NCBI GenBank assembly: GCA_040285825.1
Contig: JAUPSS010000001.1
Location: 310,001 to 374,000 of the forward strand
From: Eukaryota sp. TZLM1-RC
Lineage: Eukaryota > Protista > Metamonada: BaSk clade
Length of the DNA: 64,000 nucleotides
Direction of reading: 5' to 3'
This document shows, in pieces, positions 1-12,356 of the stretch (positions are counted from its first letter, which is position 1; every line of letters begins with the position of its first letter). The notes under the pieces are model-generated. The model searched no databases. It was not told the DNA's origin and saw only the letters and a list, made by a program, of their open reading frames with translations. The position numbers were made by a program, and so were the translations under genes.

Positions 1-2
1 AA

Positions 3-596
3 TCTGCTGTCAGCAACAAAGATGCTTCAATTGAACAATTACTCAACAATGAAGTAGTCCTGAACAGTAAAATTGCTGATTTAAATGCAGCAAATGAAAA
101 TATAGAAAAGTTATATACAGATATTTTGGAAAAATCTACTGATAATAGTTCTTTGCAATTAGACTTATCTAAACTTAGACAAGAAAAGGATGAATTCTTA
201 GTTGAAATTGAAGAAGCTAAGACTGCATTATCTCAATTAACTACCGAAAAGCAAAGTTTATTGCAGGAATTCCAAAGTGCTTTTGAGGAATGTGAAAAAT
301 TAAGACTTGACAAACAATCGCTCGAAGATGATATAATCTCCAAAGATGATTTGAATTCTCATTTACAAAGTAGATTCCAGAATCTTTTAACACAATATGA
401 GGAGCAAATGGAATCTCTCGGTAAAGAGAAGGCGGCTAAAACAGTGAAGGAAAAAGAGTTGAAACAGCTCCGTAGTAGTGTGATTGCTTTCAAAAAGGAC
501 TTTGACTCTCTATCCAGTAGGTTTAGAGCGGCAACTGATTATGCAAAGGGATTGGAAACATTGATAAATGAACAATTAGTAACAAAAACAAAATAA
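3..596 (+). CDS. 3' end of a long coiled-coil protein (starts upstream of the window)
   Basis: Frame is open from position 3 to TAA at 596; heptad-rich E/K/L/Q sequence. Confidence 0.7.
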   Translation, partial: SAVSNKDASIEQLLNNEVVLNSKIADLNAANENIEKLYTDILEKSTDNSSLQLDLSKLRQEKDEFLVEIEEAKTALSQLTTEKQSLLQEFQSAFEECEKLRLDKQSLEDDIISKDDLNSHLQSRFQNLLTQYEEQMESLGKEKAAKTVKEKELKQLRSSVIAFKKDFDSLSSRFRAATDYAKGLETLINEQLVTKTK

Positions 597-692
597 ATGG
601 GTAATTATTTATTGACCAACATGTTCAAAAAGTTTACAAATAAGGTTAACATATAACAAAAAGACTAACAAAACAAAAGTAGGGATGATGAA

Positions 693-936
693 TCAGCTTT
701 GGGTACTTTCATGGGGATTATATAAGAGGAGCTTGTCAATAAGTTCCACATGGGTAAGCACCATACGGCGACAACAGTAACGTTTGAGATTAAGCTTGTC
801 GAGGGCTTCGCTGTAATAAGTGGGGTGAAGAGAGTACCAACCCTTCAGAAGTTTGAGCTTGAAGAAGTTCAAGGTATTGCTCGTACTTATTGCCTACTAC
901 TTTGCCACAAGTAAAGCAGCGTACCGGGATAATCAT
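693..936 (-). CDS. RPB10: RNA polymerases I/II/III shared subunit RPB10 (RPABC5), 70 aa, one 31-nt intron (811-841)
   Basis: Exon 1 encodes [15 protein letters not shown]. Removing GTTGGT...TTACAG (841->811) gives [30 protein letters not shown] and stop at 693-695. Confidence 0.96.
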
Positions 937-1006
937 ATAAGGTGTGCTAAATGGCAAAGAATTTGGACCTAATTCCCCCATACCCAACTTATTATCTACA
1001 TATTAT

Positions 1007-1729
1007 ATGTCTGACCATCGTGCCCAATTATCTCGTCTATTGAGGCTGCCTGAAAATCAATTTTGTGTAGATTGTGGAGCACGTGGTCCCCGATGGAGTA
1101 GTACCAATCTTGGGATTTTCTTTTGCATGAATTGCTCAGCCATCCATCGTTCTCTCGGTACTCACATTTCAAAAGTCAAATCTTGTACACTTGACGAATG
1201 GACCCTTGATCAGGTTGAATATATGAAATCAGTAGGTAACCATCGCTTCAATTCTCGTTATGAATCCAAGTTATGTAATGGTCAAAAAATCAAACCTACT
1301 TGTTCCACTGATGAACGAATCCAGTTCATTAGGTCAAAATACGAACGTAAACAATGGTATTCTGATGCACCAAGACCGCCCTCTCGAGTGTCCCCTGCAC
1401 CCTCTCCTCCTCTCTCCCCACAGCACTCTCCAAGGTCGACTGTGTCCTCGTTGAAGAGTCCATCCCCTTCACATCTCTCCAAGACATCTTCTGTTGATTC
1501 AATTGACCTCGTGGACCTTTCCGACTGTTTGATGTCTTCTGTGGAGTCCACCAAGTCTTCACTTAAATCTCCGATTCCTGAAACACCCAAGAGCACCCTG
1601 AGTAGTAATTCAAAGGAAGGACAGGGTTCAAGCAATGGAAAGTCCAAAATTAAATCTGCAAAAGCATCAATTTTGTCTCTTTTCGATGATGATTTGAACC
1701 AAAATAATAAGAATTTTTCATTATTTTAG
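1007..1729 (+). CDS. ArfGAP domain protein (SMAP/AGD5-like)
   Basis: CVDC-x16-CMNC zinc finger, [24 protein letters not shown]; S/P-rich tail; first ATG at 1007. Confidence 0.92.
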   Translation: MSDHRAQLSRLLRLPENQFCVDCGARGPRWSSTNLGIFFCMNCSAIHRSLGTHISKVKSCTLDEWTLDQVEYMKSVGNHRFNSRYESKLCNGQKIKPTCSTDERIQFIRSKYERKQWYSDAPRPPSRVSPAPSPPLSPQHSPRSTVSSLKSPSPSHLSKTSSVDSIDLVDLSDCLMSSVESTKSSLKSPIPETPKSTLSSNSKEGQGSSNGKSKIKSAKASILSLFDDDLNQNNKNFSLF

Positions 1730-2195
1730 TCTTTTAATTATTGTTTTTAAAGTTTTTTTTGTAAATTATTTTAGATTTATTCAGTATTCATGTAACTTTG
1801 TTTGAGTCAAATTTTCTTTTTTTTGGCTCTTGAATTAAATCCAATATCTACTTAATACTTGTTTAGCTTATTACAACATTTACGGCTAAGATTAAATCAA
1901 ATATAATTGATCAATTCGATGCTCAAGTTGACGCAGCCATAACAATTACTTTCAAACTTCTAATAGTGTGGTAGGTGATGTCACTACAGCAACCCCCAAT
2001 TTTTGATGATTCTTCACAAAATGAAAACCAAGTAACTACTGTAACAAGACTCTATGCCATATTTTCTAATGAAACTAATACCGAATAAAGAGTTCCTTTT
2101 GCATAACAAAGAGACCCGGTACCTAGCCTTTAACTTCCGTTTCAGAATGTTCATGAATCACTCATAACTGAACAAAAGTTATCAAGAGACTGCTA

Positions 2196-2224
2196 AATTA
2201 TAAGGGGCAATGCCCCTTATAATT
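2196..2224. repeat. Perfect palindrome with 14-bp arms
   Basis: AATTATAAGGGGCA-A-TGCCCCTTATAATT. Confidence 0.85.
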
Positions 2225-2316
2225 GATGTAAAGAAAGGGATTTATGTGTGAAAACAGATTTTTAAACAAGAAGTTCTACTGCAGTAGTTGAAATAGGGGT
2301 TTGAGAAAACGTTTTC

Positions 2317-2388
2317 GAACAAAAACCAGTAATAACAAATAATAAATGAACAAAAACTAGTAATAATAAATAATAAATGAACAAAAAC
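2317..2388. repeat. 31-bp tandem repeat, about 2.3 copies
   Basis: GAACAAAAAC(C/T)AGTAATAA(C/T)AAATAATAAAT starting at 2317, 2348 and 2379. Confidence 0.8.
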
Positions 2389-2423
2389 AGTTCAGCAAAA
2401 TCAATCCCAATCGAACTTCATAT

Positions 2424-3640
2424 ATGACTATCAATGAGATTGCCGTCGAAATGACTGTCCCAAATCCACTAAAATCAGGGTCGCAGAAGGTGACAGACTC
2501 CTCAATGTCTTCCCCCTCTGCCAAGCACCCAGAGTTGCAAAGTCGACAAGATGCCATGGATATGGTATGACTAAAACAAGATCTGACCAGCAGGCTAGAG
2601 GTTTGTCTGTCATACTGATGATTTTTCACCATGTTATCATTTACTTTGCACATTATGATCTTTGGGACTCTCCTGTTTTAATTTGGAGTTTACATGGCCC
2701 AGGATCTGTAGCTGTTATGTTCATGTTCATCATGGGAATTAATGCTGCTGATTCCGAAAAGAATAATGCCAGAACACTTGCAAAACGAGGATTGAAGATC
2801 CTTATATTTGCGTATTTTCTAAACTTTGTCAGGGATCAACTACCACTGATCCTGAGCTGCACATTTCAGAGCCTGTGTCCAGAAGATGTTTACCTTGACG
2901 GTTATTGGGACATGTTGTTCATCTTGGACATATTTCCTTTTGTGGGGTTGTGTTTCCTTTACATTGCCATGCTTCGGCACTTTGAAATTAACAAAGAGGG
3001 TCAGCTGACATTGACAGCTATTTTGGTTCTCATTTTCTCTCTCTTTGAAAAACACTCAGATCCTACTCCTATTTTTGGCTATTTCTTCCTTGGTGATTGG
3101 TATCTTTGCTACTTCCCCTTCAGAAGTTGGGTTATTTTCCCTGTGTTTGGAGCTCTTATTGGCTCCTATTATCGTCCTTATGGTTCTCTCACTAAGGACA
3201 GTGTTCCCATGAAGAAGCTGCTCATCATTGCTCTTATTGGATGGATTACACTGTTTATTGGAATGTTCATTTTTTACCCTCAATTAGATCACTATGGATT
3301 CCAAGACGAAACTAACTACTATCACCAAGACCCGCTCACGAATTTCTTCTTTCTTTGCCAGAATGTACTGCTATTAGAAACGTTGAAACTATTGATGGCT
3401 AGGAACCTAGTTCCATCAATCTTGTTCAGGTATATCAAGTGGATGAGTCGTAACATTACTGCGGCCTATGTAGTTTCTTGGTTGGTCATAACCTGGTTCG
3501 CTACGTTGATTACTGGTTGGTATATTCTGACTAATATTATTTTAATTTATGTCTTCATTGTTACTGTAACTGGAATTACATCTGGTCTTTTGTACTTCTT
3601 CCCTGCTATATCTAAATTGTTGAAAAAGACACTTGCTTAG
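2424..3640 (+). CDS. DUF1624/HGSNAT-like multi-pass membrane acyltransferase, bacterial type, one 29-nt intron (2565-2593)
   Basis: Splicing GTATGA...CCAGCAG rebuilds RQDAMDMARGLSVILMIFHH (family R..D.ARG...M..H motif); FMFIMG, RGLKI, YFPFRSW; about 10 TM segments. Confidence 0.8.
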
Positions 3641-4026
3641 GCTGATTTATCTCGTTTTTTGCTTTGATGAATGGTATTTTTTCAACATTTTGTGTATAAA
3701 TTTAATGAAAAGTGGTATAGCTTATGAATATAAAATCAAAATCATACAATACTACCAGTGATACTCCCAGCATCTTTCAACATTTAATAAGACATTGAAA
3801 CAGTAAGAAATTTCATGTGAATATATCAAAAGGAAAAACAATTATGATGTGTGGGAGAGGGAAGTTTTGAGGTTGTGGAGCATTAGTTGAGTATTTGATC
3901 ATTGTATTTCGTTTAATAAAAGCATGAAAATGTTTTTTTTCACTGGTTCAAGAGGTATCCTGGCAATTTATGTATACAAGAATCATGAAATGCTATTGTA
4001 TTTAATGCGATTATGTCCTACACCAA

Positions 4027-6798
4027 TTACTGTGATAACGTTACAACATCAATGGTGCTGCTGGTTCCATCACCAAACTCTGCAAAAATATTGATAATAA
4101 CCCTTGATGAATTGAAAGAGATGACCCCCATAGAAAGGTCAACAACTTCGTCATTGGAAACCTCCACGTGTCGGGTCATTAATCCGTCAAAACCAATCAA
4201 ATTGCGTTGACTTTCATCAACTGAGAATGTGACAATAGCTGATTTTCGAAGAAAGACCTTGAATTTTGTCAAAACATCTCGCTCAACAGTCAAAAATGGC
4301 CCACAATCAGTCCAAAAGTCTTGAGAAGTCTTCGAAGAGGTCAATAATAGAGATAATTGACCCTCTATTTTATTAGAATACTTATATTTTAAATAAGGAA
4401 ATCGATTTTTAACTAAGATAGAACCAAATTTTCCAGCACCAATGCTTTCCCACCTGCCTAATTGAAAAACTTCTAAATCAAAATTACTAGAATTCTTTAC
4501 CACAACTAACCAATTGTCTCCAGGAATCTCCTTGACCAGGCAAATATTTGGTGTGATTGATTTGCCAGTTTCCCGGGCAGGAACAAAAAGATTGGAAGTA
4601 CTTAGAGATTTCAGTGATTTTTTATCAACAAGTATAATAGAAATAGAAAATTCAAAATCAAAAGTTGGCATATAGATAAATCTCTTGGATTTGGGCTTTA
4701 AGGGAAACAAATTAATAATTTCAGTAAATAAATGTTCGTTCAATTCATTTAATTTTGATTTTGATTCAGGATTGACATTTTTTAAGGGCCTAATTGACAA
4801 AGAAATTGAAAACTTCTCGTCTATTTCCAGCCCCAAAGAACTATTTGTTACTATTAAAGAATTATCATCAGTCAAAGAAAGACTCATACAGGGAACCTCA
4901 ATCAATTTGATTGAAGAGATGCAGTCAGGTACAAAAACTTTAACATCACCTTTAAGAATAATATTGTTCAACCTAAAACCTATCGATTCTATGGTTAATT
5001 CACCAATATTTTGTCCGGGAACAGAGAACGTGACTGACGCCTTGGAATGACGATTAAGGCTCATACCTGGATGAGTAAGGATCACTTCTGAAAATTTCCC
5101 TTCATTGACATGTGTCAAGTACAAGAAGAGCTCATCAAGACCCAGATCATAACTAAAAGGATTCTTCATCACGACGTTAATTCTCCCTTTGTGGTGGCTG
5201 GACCAAGTTATAAACTTTGGCTTTTCCGTTAGTTTAGATGCAGTCATTGCTTTAGATTTAACAATAAAAGGAGAATTTTGTTCTGAGTCTCTTTCAGTTT
5301 CGATTGAATTAGAAAATAAATGCATTTGAAGGGGATCAATAGACTGAAATATTGGAAGTGTCAAGGAGGACGTAGTAGAGCTGACTGACAAGCTGAGTGA
5401 CACGAGACGATCAAAATAATGACGTGTGAGGTCAGAATTGTATGTATGAAGCGCAATCAGTTGCCCAATAAGTGATGTCACCGACTGCTTGACTTTGGTA
5501 GACCCGTCACCAATCGACAACTGATTGATTGACTCTAAAAGGCCAACAGATAGTTCCTTCCATTTTCGCAATTTTCGAATACAAAATTGTTTCTCTTTCT
5601 GACAAAGAAAGAATTGGTCTACATTATAGTAATCACTCAATAAATTGATTAATTCAGACGCTAATTTGAATTCTTTTAATTCAATCAATAGAGTACTAGC
5701 TTTTTTTAGCAACAGAGCTGACTTCCTTTCAAATGGCTGCTTTAAATCAAACGATAATGGATATTTGGAAACTGTCCACGTGGTAAATAACGTGCTGACG
5801 TCACCAATGTTTTTTTGATTGATGACTTGCTTAAATCCATACACACAGGCAAAAGAAAAACACAAAGCAACTTGGTCTTTCTTTTCTAAAAGGTCCATAA
5901 TTTCCAAGGATTTTGACACATATTTTGACCCAATCGTTTGACCAGCCGTGACCAACACATCATCAAAACAGCTACTTGGTAATGCTGAGACCAATGAACA
6001 AATTCTGATACAAAATCCACAAAGAGCATAATTCATTAAACACCGTGAAAATTCCCCAACCGCGGCTAAAATAAAAGGTTCTACCAGGGAATAAGTGAAG
6101 GGTTCATTATTATCAAGGGAAAGGTAGAGTAAACAAGTCACCAAGGATTCAAAAGACAATGCTGCTGAAAAAGAATCATTCAATGCTCGAGATGCATCCA
6201 GGACTGCCGAGAATAAGGACTTTGCCTGTCTAAAGCGGCCTAAAACCAAGTTTGAACCGGCTGAATAGAACAGCTTAGAAAGGGTTTCCTTCTTAGTGTT
6301 ACTAGGGAGGGGAGGGGGTTGGTGGGGTAGAGAACGGAAGATTAGAGAAGAGAGGCGGGTTATGACTGAAGAGATAGAACAAGGAGACGAGCAGGAGGAA
6401 GAGATGCTGGGAAGACAGTCATAGAGGAAGTATTGATTGGAAGTGGAAGGATAGATGAATGCAAGAATGGATGATGAGGGCAGCGAAGAGGAAATTCCCT
6501 TTATAAGGGAAGGAGAGGGTGGTCTAGTGGGGAGGGTGGAGTAGGCGACATACAGAATGGGGAAGAAGCCAGGGTGCAGTGGTGAAGAGTTGGTAGGCAC
6601 TACAATACGGGGAATAAAATGTAAACGGAGGGAGCAATCAGATTCCAAGAGAATGGGAGAAGAGCAATGGTGATTTAGGTCATTAATGAATGATGAACAA
6701 GCTTCGTGGTCATGTTCATCTACCGGAAATACACAAATCTTCGACACTGCAAGATCATAGAAAGTAGGAGCATATGTAAAAATGTGTGGTATATTCAT
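4027..6798 (-). CDS. TRAPPC9: TRAPP II subunit TRAPPC9/Trs120-like
   Basis: 923 aa; alpha-solenoid segment (GSNLVLGRFRQA...ALNDSFSAALSFES), ERKSALL, SPFI, VVMKNPFSYDLGLDELFL, then beta-rich Ig-like folds. Confidence 0.7.
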   Translation of the reverse strand: MNIPHIFTYAPTFYDLAVSKICVFPVDEHDHEACSSFINDLNHHCSSPILLESDCSLRLHFIPRIVVPTNSSPLHPGFFPILYVAYSTLPTRPPSPSLIKGISSSLPSSSILAFIYPSTSNQYFLYDCLPSISSSCSSPCSISSVITRLSSLIFRSLPHQPPPLPSNTKKETLSKLFYSAGSNLVLGRFRQAKSLFSAVLDASRALNDSFSAALSFESLVTCLLYLSLDNNEPFTYSLVEPFILAAVGEFSRCLMNYALCGFCIRICSLVSALPSSCFDDVLVTAGQTIGSKYVSKSLEIMDLLEKKDQVALCFSFACVYGFKQVINQKNIGDVSTLFTTWTVSKYPLSFDLKQPFERKSALLLKKASTLLIELKEFKLASELINLLSDYYNVDQFFLCQKEKQFCIRKLRKWKELSVGLLESINQLSIGDGSTKVKQSVTSLIGQLIALHTYNSDLTRHYFDRLVSLSLSVSSTTSSLTLPIFQSIDPLQMHLFSNSIETERDSEQNSPFIVKSKAMTASKLTEKPKFITWSSHHKGRINVVMKNPFSYDLGLDELFLYLTHVNEGKFSEVILTHPGMSLNRHSKASVTFSVPGQNIGELTIESIGFRLNNIILKGDVKVFVPDCISSIKLIEVPCMSLSLTDDNSLIVTNSSLGLEIDEKFSISLSIRPLKNVNPESKSKLNELNEHLFTEIINLFPLKPKSKRFIYMPTFDFEFSISIILVDKKSLKSLSTSNLFVPARETGKSITPNICLVKEIPGDNWLVVVKNSSNFDLEVFQLGRWESIGAGKFGSILVKNRFPYLKYKYSNKIEGQLSLLLTSSKTSQDFWTDCGPFLTVERDVLTKFKVFLRKSAIVTFSVDESQRNLIGFDGLMTRHVEVSNDEVVDLSMGVISFNSSRVIINIFAEFGDGTSSTIDVVTLSQ

Positions 6799-7238
6799 AA
6801 CATGTTAAGGTCTGTTGAGAAGCGACGAAATATTAAAGTGTATTTGATTGAAAAAAGATTGCATAAATGGTGACTTACAAGGGATTGTGTTTGTCTTTTG
6901 TCCATCATTGCAAACAATCAGATGATAATCCAGGGGCTTACTTAGATTTATTTTGTTTTCAAGATGAATAACATCAATGAGAATTTTGATAAACGTTCCA
7001 TTAATTAAACCAAAATTCAGCCTAAATTTTGAAGGAACGCTTGAATACTGAAATCAAAAAATGTGTTCACTTCATAATGAATCACTATTTTATGTAAAAC
7101 TGGTTTTATAAACATATTTATTTAACAACCGTTGTAGAGAGAAATGTCTAGTTTGTGTTTTTGTTTTAGCTTCAAGAAAGGAGTATTAGATTTGATTCTT
7201 AGGAATCATTGTATACAGTGAATCAACAAAAATGCTAT

Positions 7239-7775
7239 TTACAAAGTCTTACAAGGATCAGTATCCCCACAAATACTACAACCTCCACGAGTGTGAATGT
7301 TATGGGGCACATATTGAACATCATAGTGACCATTAATAAAATTACTTGCTTCACCCCTGGCCCAAGAGTGACACTGTGAATACGATCCGAAATACGCAAA
7401 ATCACATCGATTGGGGCACTTGCATTGTCTGACAGGGAAGATAATTTCTTCGTTGATAGAATCAGTATTTCCAATAACACCATCAGCGAGATGTTGTTCT
7501 AAAAGTACTTCACAAGACAATGCCTCAGCAGATGATGCAACAGATTGAATACTATTTGAACAAATAGAGCATCCACCAGAATTAAATGAGCTAGAGGCCA
7601 CAAAAGTACATCGTGCATCAGGTCCAGCTCCGAGACGCTTTGCTGTTTGATCACAGAAGCAAAAACATTCTGCTTTCGATCCTTTGAATCCCCAGTTACA
7701 TTGATTAGGACACCTGCAACCAGCAGACGCTTGATGAACTAAAGCAACAAAAAGAAGCACAAATAAAGTTCTCAT
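7239..7775 (-). CDS. Small secreted cysteine-rich protein with two repeated modules
   Basis: Signal peptide MRTLFVLLFVALVHQASA; modules CRCPNQC...GGCSIC and CKCPNRC...GGCSIC. Confidence 0.75.
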   Translation of the reverse strand: MRTLFVLLFVALVHQASAGCRCPNQCNWGFKGSKAECFCFCDQTAKRLGAGPDARCTFVASSSFNSGGCSICSNSIQSVASSAEALSCEVLLEQHLADGVIGNTDSINEEIIFPVRQCKCPNRCDFAYFGSYSQCHSWARGEASNFINGHYDVQYVPHNIHTRGGCSICGDTDPCKTL

Positions 7776-7985
7776 GAGAAAGATTCTCAATCTAAGGTAT
7801 TGAAATTGAAGATGAATTTAAACTTTAAATCTGAACAAAATTAAATTTTAAAGAATTAAATTGAGTGTTCAGTGTTAAATCAGTGTTCAGAAATCCACGT
7901 ATGCCGTGTCAACAGGTATTTGACACGCGTTCCCCAGTTGAAGACACGTTAGGGTGTTCCATATGCGATCGTTGGGCAACAATTT

Positions 7986-8820
7986 TTTTTCATTTATAGA
8001 CAATTTTATTCATTTAATAAGAAATATGAAAACATAAAATACACAACCAAAAATCCATCCTCAAAACCTGTCTTCCCTACATCAAAGCAATTAATTGCTA
8101 AAGATTCAGAAAATTTCCCAAAAGAAGAGAGTGAATCAGAAATTAGTTTTACCATTTCCTTAAAAATAGAAAATACAATCCTGTTTTGCCAGTAAACACG
8201 ATTGAAAATTCTCCCAGTTCTTTCCTTTACAACTACAACAAAATCCTCAAGGAAAGCCATAGCAGCCTTACCGAGAGATCCAAGCAAAGAAAAAACAAAG
8301 AGAAATAAATTATATTGGGCATGAGAATTTTCATTAACTGAGGAAATGTGTTTCGCATATTTAGCATTTTTTTATTTTTCGCCAGCAAGAAGAGGATTAT
8401 TTACATCTGAGTTAATGAAATGTTCGTCAGAAGAATTACAAGGGTCAATGGACATGGCGTCTAAAATAGTAAAACTACCATTTAAGCCGGGAACAATTAG
8501 ATCACTTCTTGTCAGACCCATAGAATCTCTGTTGTAGCGGGTACTATCAGTATTGGGGTCATCAAGAATTAATTTTGATAGCAAAGGCTCTAAAAAGGAA
8601 TTTACTCGATATGATTTACACATTACGTAAATTTGGTCCCTGGTATTATTCTGCACTTTACTTCTAAATGTAATGAAATGTTTACAGCTCAAAAGATGAG
8701 TAAACAAAAGAGGTTTACCACATTTGCATGTGAAATGATTGGGCAAATTGTTTGGCCATAGAAAACAACGAAAACGCATGTTTAAAAGCCATTCATTGCT
8801 TTTTAACAAAAGTCCAACAA
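7986..8820 (-). mobile_element. 5'-truncated RLE-type non-LTR retrotransposon (family B), decayed
   Basis: CKCG..HLLSC zinc knuckle, RSDLIVP..ILDAMSID endonuclease motifs; 14-bp TSD TTGGGCAACAATTT at 7972-7985 and 8821-8834. Confidence 0.8.
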
Positions 8821-9425
8821 TTGGGCAACAATTTGTATATTTATCTATTACAATAACAATGTGAGTGGATTATGCTCTATAAGTGTTAACTTCCAAGAGT
8901 GTTGCTCAAGTAACAGCTAATTTTGATAGAAAACATTAATATTAAATACCAATCAAAAAGAACATAAAAACATAAACGAAAAAGGGAAAAAGATTACTGC
9001 TGAAGCTGCAAGCAGACGAAATTTGCTGTTGAAAATCTGTTTTGAAGCTAACATTTCATTGGAAAAAATCGATTCAGATGCAATTTTTTACATGATTACC
9101 TCCATACATTTCACTGTTACTCTCCCTTGTCGGTTGTTATTTTTCAGGTTTAGTACAAAGCAAAGTACTAACAGCTACTTACTGTTAATACAGACCCTGT
9201 TGTAAACTTTTTTTTGACAATCACCTTGTAGAAGATATCCCTTTTTCTTCGTGTGAGTGCCTTCGGGCTTAGCATATTTTTGTTCTTATTCGATTATTTC
9301 TGGTTGTCAACACTATTGACACTGTTGACTCAACAGCAATAGTCTCATTTTATTCTTTTTCAATTGTAAATTTGCAATGAATTTGCTTTCGTTTTTAAAA
9401 GATTTTTGGATCAATTATGTAAATG

Positions 9426-12122
9426 AAAGTATGCTGTCAATATTCTTTGAAAATTTTTTGGTTCTTTTTGTCCTCCTTTTGAACAAAATTTCGTAAATAA
9501 TTCCGAAGATTTAACTAATATAGCACCTAGAAAACAGTCATCTGAGAAATTAAGTAAAATTTTGGAAGACAAATGCTTTGACAACAAATGGTCCAAGGCT
9601 TTGACAGCTTTAAGCCCCGGAGTTAAAGCACCCAACAATGAAAAAACAATAGATAAACTAAAAATACTTCATCCTTATGAAGACCCTATAATGGATCAAA
9701 ATTTTTACGACACTTACTGGGAAAATTATCCATTGATGCCATCAGAAGTATTTTCGGTGATAAAAAAAGAGACCACGCGGTAAGTCTGCCGGACTTTCTG
9801 GTATTACTATCGATCATGTAAAAGCCGCAATTATTTCTTCAGAGGATTGTCTTGGTTTATTAACCAAATTTTTAAACAAAGTATTGACTGGTCAACTTAG
9901 ATATCCAGAAGAATTAAGAAGTTCTCGTTTGACTGCACTTGTCAAAAATTCAAAAATGGATGTTCGTCCTATTGCAGTCTCTGAGAGCTTACAAAATATT
10001 TTTTCTGCGTGTTGCTTGAACAGGTTCAATGAGAAAGCAAAAAAGATTTTATTACCCTTTCAACATGGAATTAATACCACTGATGGAGTCTCTTCAGCGA
10101 TATTTGCTACTGATGTATTATTTCGCCAAAATGAATCCAATGTTTGTATGTCATTGGATTTTAGTAATGCATTCAATTCACTCAGTCGTCGCAGTATCCA
10201 TGGTGCTTTATTGCAATATGCGCCTGAATTAATGCCGTATTTTCAATCAACATATAGCACATATTCTAATTTACATTTTGGTAATTGCATTTTGAGTTCA
10301 TCAAGTGGTGAAAAGCAAGGAGATCCGTTAGGACCTCTTTTGTTTTGTTGGACCATTCATCCTATTTTATTGCAAATTTAGGAGATGTTTCCTTCGCTAA
10401 AAATGATTGCATATATGGATAATGTTGTGCTTATTGGTGATTTAAATATTGTGAAACAAGCAATTGTATGTTTTAAAGAATTATTTACCAAAATTGGTCT
10501 CCGACTTAATTTACTTAAATGTGTTTTGTTATCAACTACTTCAGTTTCCACAATAGTTGATGGTATTGAAATTCAAGCCAAATTATATTCAATTGATGCT
10601 ATTCGTCGTTTGGGTTCGTTTTTAGGAAATAATGATGAAATTACCAAAAAATTGTTTCAAAAGTTGAACTCAATTTCTGACAAAATTGACCAAATAATGA
10701 ATTCAGATATACAAAAACACATCAAATTTACCATTATAAGACTGTGTTTTAGTTCCAATTTCAATCATATATTTCGATCTACAAATCCTCTTGTCACTAG
10801 GCCTTTGGCTCAGAAATTTAATGAGTTACGTGCAAAAGTTCTGTCTCAATTACTGGGATGTAAAATGTTCCAAATTCCAGATCATGCTTTTCTTAATCCA
10901 CATTATGGCGGTTTAGGGTGGACGAAGGCTTCTATTCTTACCTCGTGTGCTTTTGTTGGTGGATGCAGAAATGCAATTTTTGAGTTTTCCGAAAGATTTG
11001 CAGATTGGGAAGATTTATTGATGACAACACAAAGTTCCACTGTTTTTGCGTTAAATGAAGAAATTTCAAAAATTGATGTAGAACAATGGGGTCGATGTTT
11101 TCCCCAATCATTCAATGGCAATATTCCAGAAAAGAATGTTTTAAATTTGAAGTACACTCTTCGAACATTACAGAAACGATTGACTGGAATGTATGAAAAT
11201 GATCTTTATAATAATATATGCAGCTCGGCTGTTTTAAATCAAGATCTTCACTCATTGTTACTGGAAAAGGGAGTTTGTGAAAGCAAGTCATCAGATTCTT
11301 CACTTTTTGTAACCATTGTACCACGAAGATTTGGATTGTGTGCCACTAATGAAGCATTTGTAACAAAAATGAGATTATATTTGAATATCCCCATTAATCA
11401 ATTATTATCAAAAGAAAAATGTATTTGTTCGTATTGTTTGTATTTGTTCACCTCAACTCACTTTGCGCCATGCTCTGAATTGCTCTAAATTGATAACTTA
11501 TCGTTCTTCATTACATGATGCTGTTAGAGACACTGTTTTCAATATGGCACAAACTGCAAGGATATCGTGTATCAAAGAGCCCCTGCTGAAGGAAACACTT
11601 TCTCTGAATAATTTTGGTTCTGATGACAGAGGTGATGTATACTGTGATTGGATTGATAATTCTGAAGCTATTGTTGACTTTGTTTCATGTAATGTTGCAA
11701 ATGATACTTTGGTTCACAGAAGAAAACTTAATCCTGTGACTGCTCTTGATTTTAAAGCAAAAGAGAAAAATAGAAAATATGATAAAGATATTGAAGAGGC
11801 TAATGCCGAGAGAAATACACAGCTGGTTTTTATTGCTTTCCCATTTTCGATAAATAAAAGATTATCAGATGAAGCAGAAACTTTTTTGAATGACTTCCAA
11901 AAAATGGTGCAAGAAAAAACAATGAAAAGATTTGATATTTTTTTGTGGCGTTCACGGATTCAATTTGCCATTATTAATAGATTACCTCGGTTTTTCAATC
12001 GAATAAGAGAAGTTTTAGCTAGACAGCAAGCAGATCAAGATTTTGTAGAGGAAATCTTGGTTCAATGATAGTCCTCCCATTAGTTATCAGTTAATTTAAT
12101 TAAGTGTACAAATTCAATAAAT
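9426..12122 (+). mobile_element. Non-LTR retrotransposon, RT + zinc knuckle + RLE (CRE-like, family A); longest copy, with stops and frameshifts
   Basis: RPIAVSE, LDFSNAFNS, QGDPLGPLLF, YMDN (YMDD in the copy near 63830), GGLG, CIC..HALNC, HDAVRD, RGD..D..K..KY; conserved 3' UTR ending AATAAAT. The 5' boundary is approximate. Confidence 0.9.
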
Positions 12123-12356
12123 ATTAAATTTAAGTAAATGTCTAAAAAATCTATACAACACGTCACTAAATACGTTTCTACACTAGGATTACATCTACTT
12201 CAGGTCATATTACCCCATTGTGCACATATGTATGCAGATTTTGTTTGATTGAAAGTACCAACAGTGCTCCTACCTCATGTTAGATGTCTGCTAAAGTTTC
12301 CAAGTGATACTCTTGTTTTCGCATCCCTTCAACACATAACACCACTGTGAAGTTCA

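Noticed and set aside
790-987. 65-aa ORF as listed
   Set aside because: It is RPB10 exon 1 read through its intron, with a spurious upstream extension
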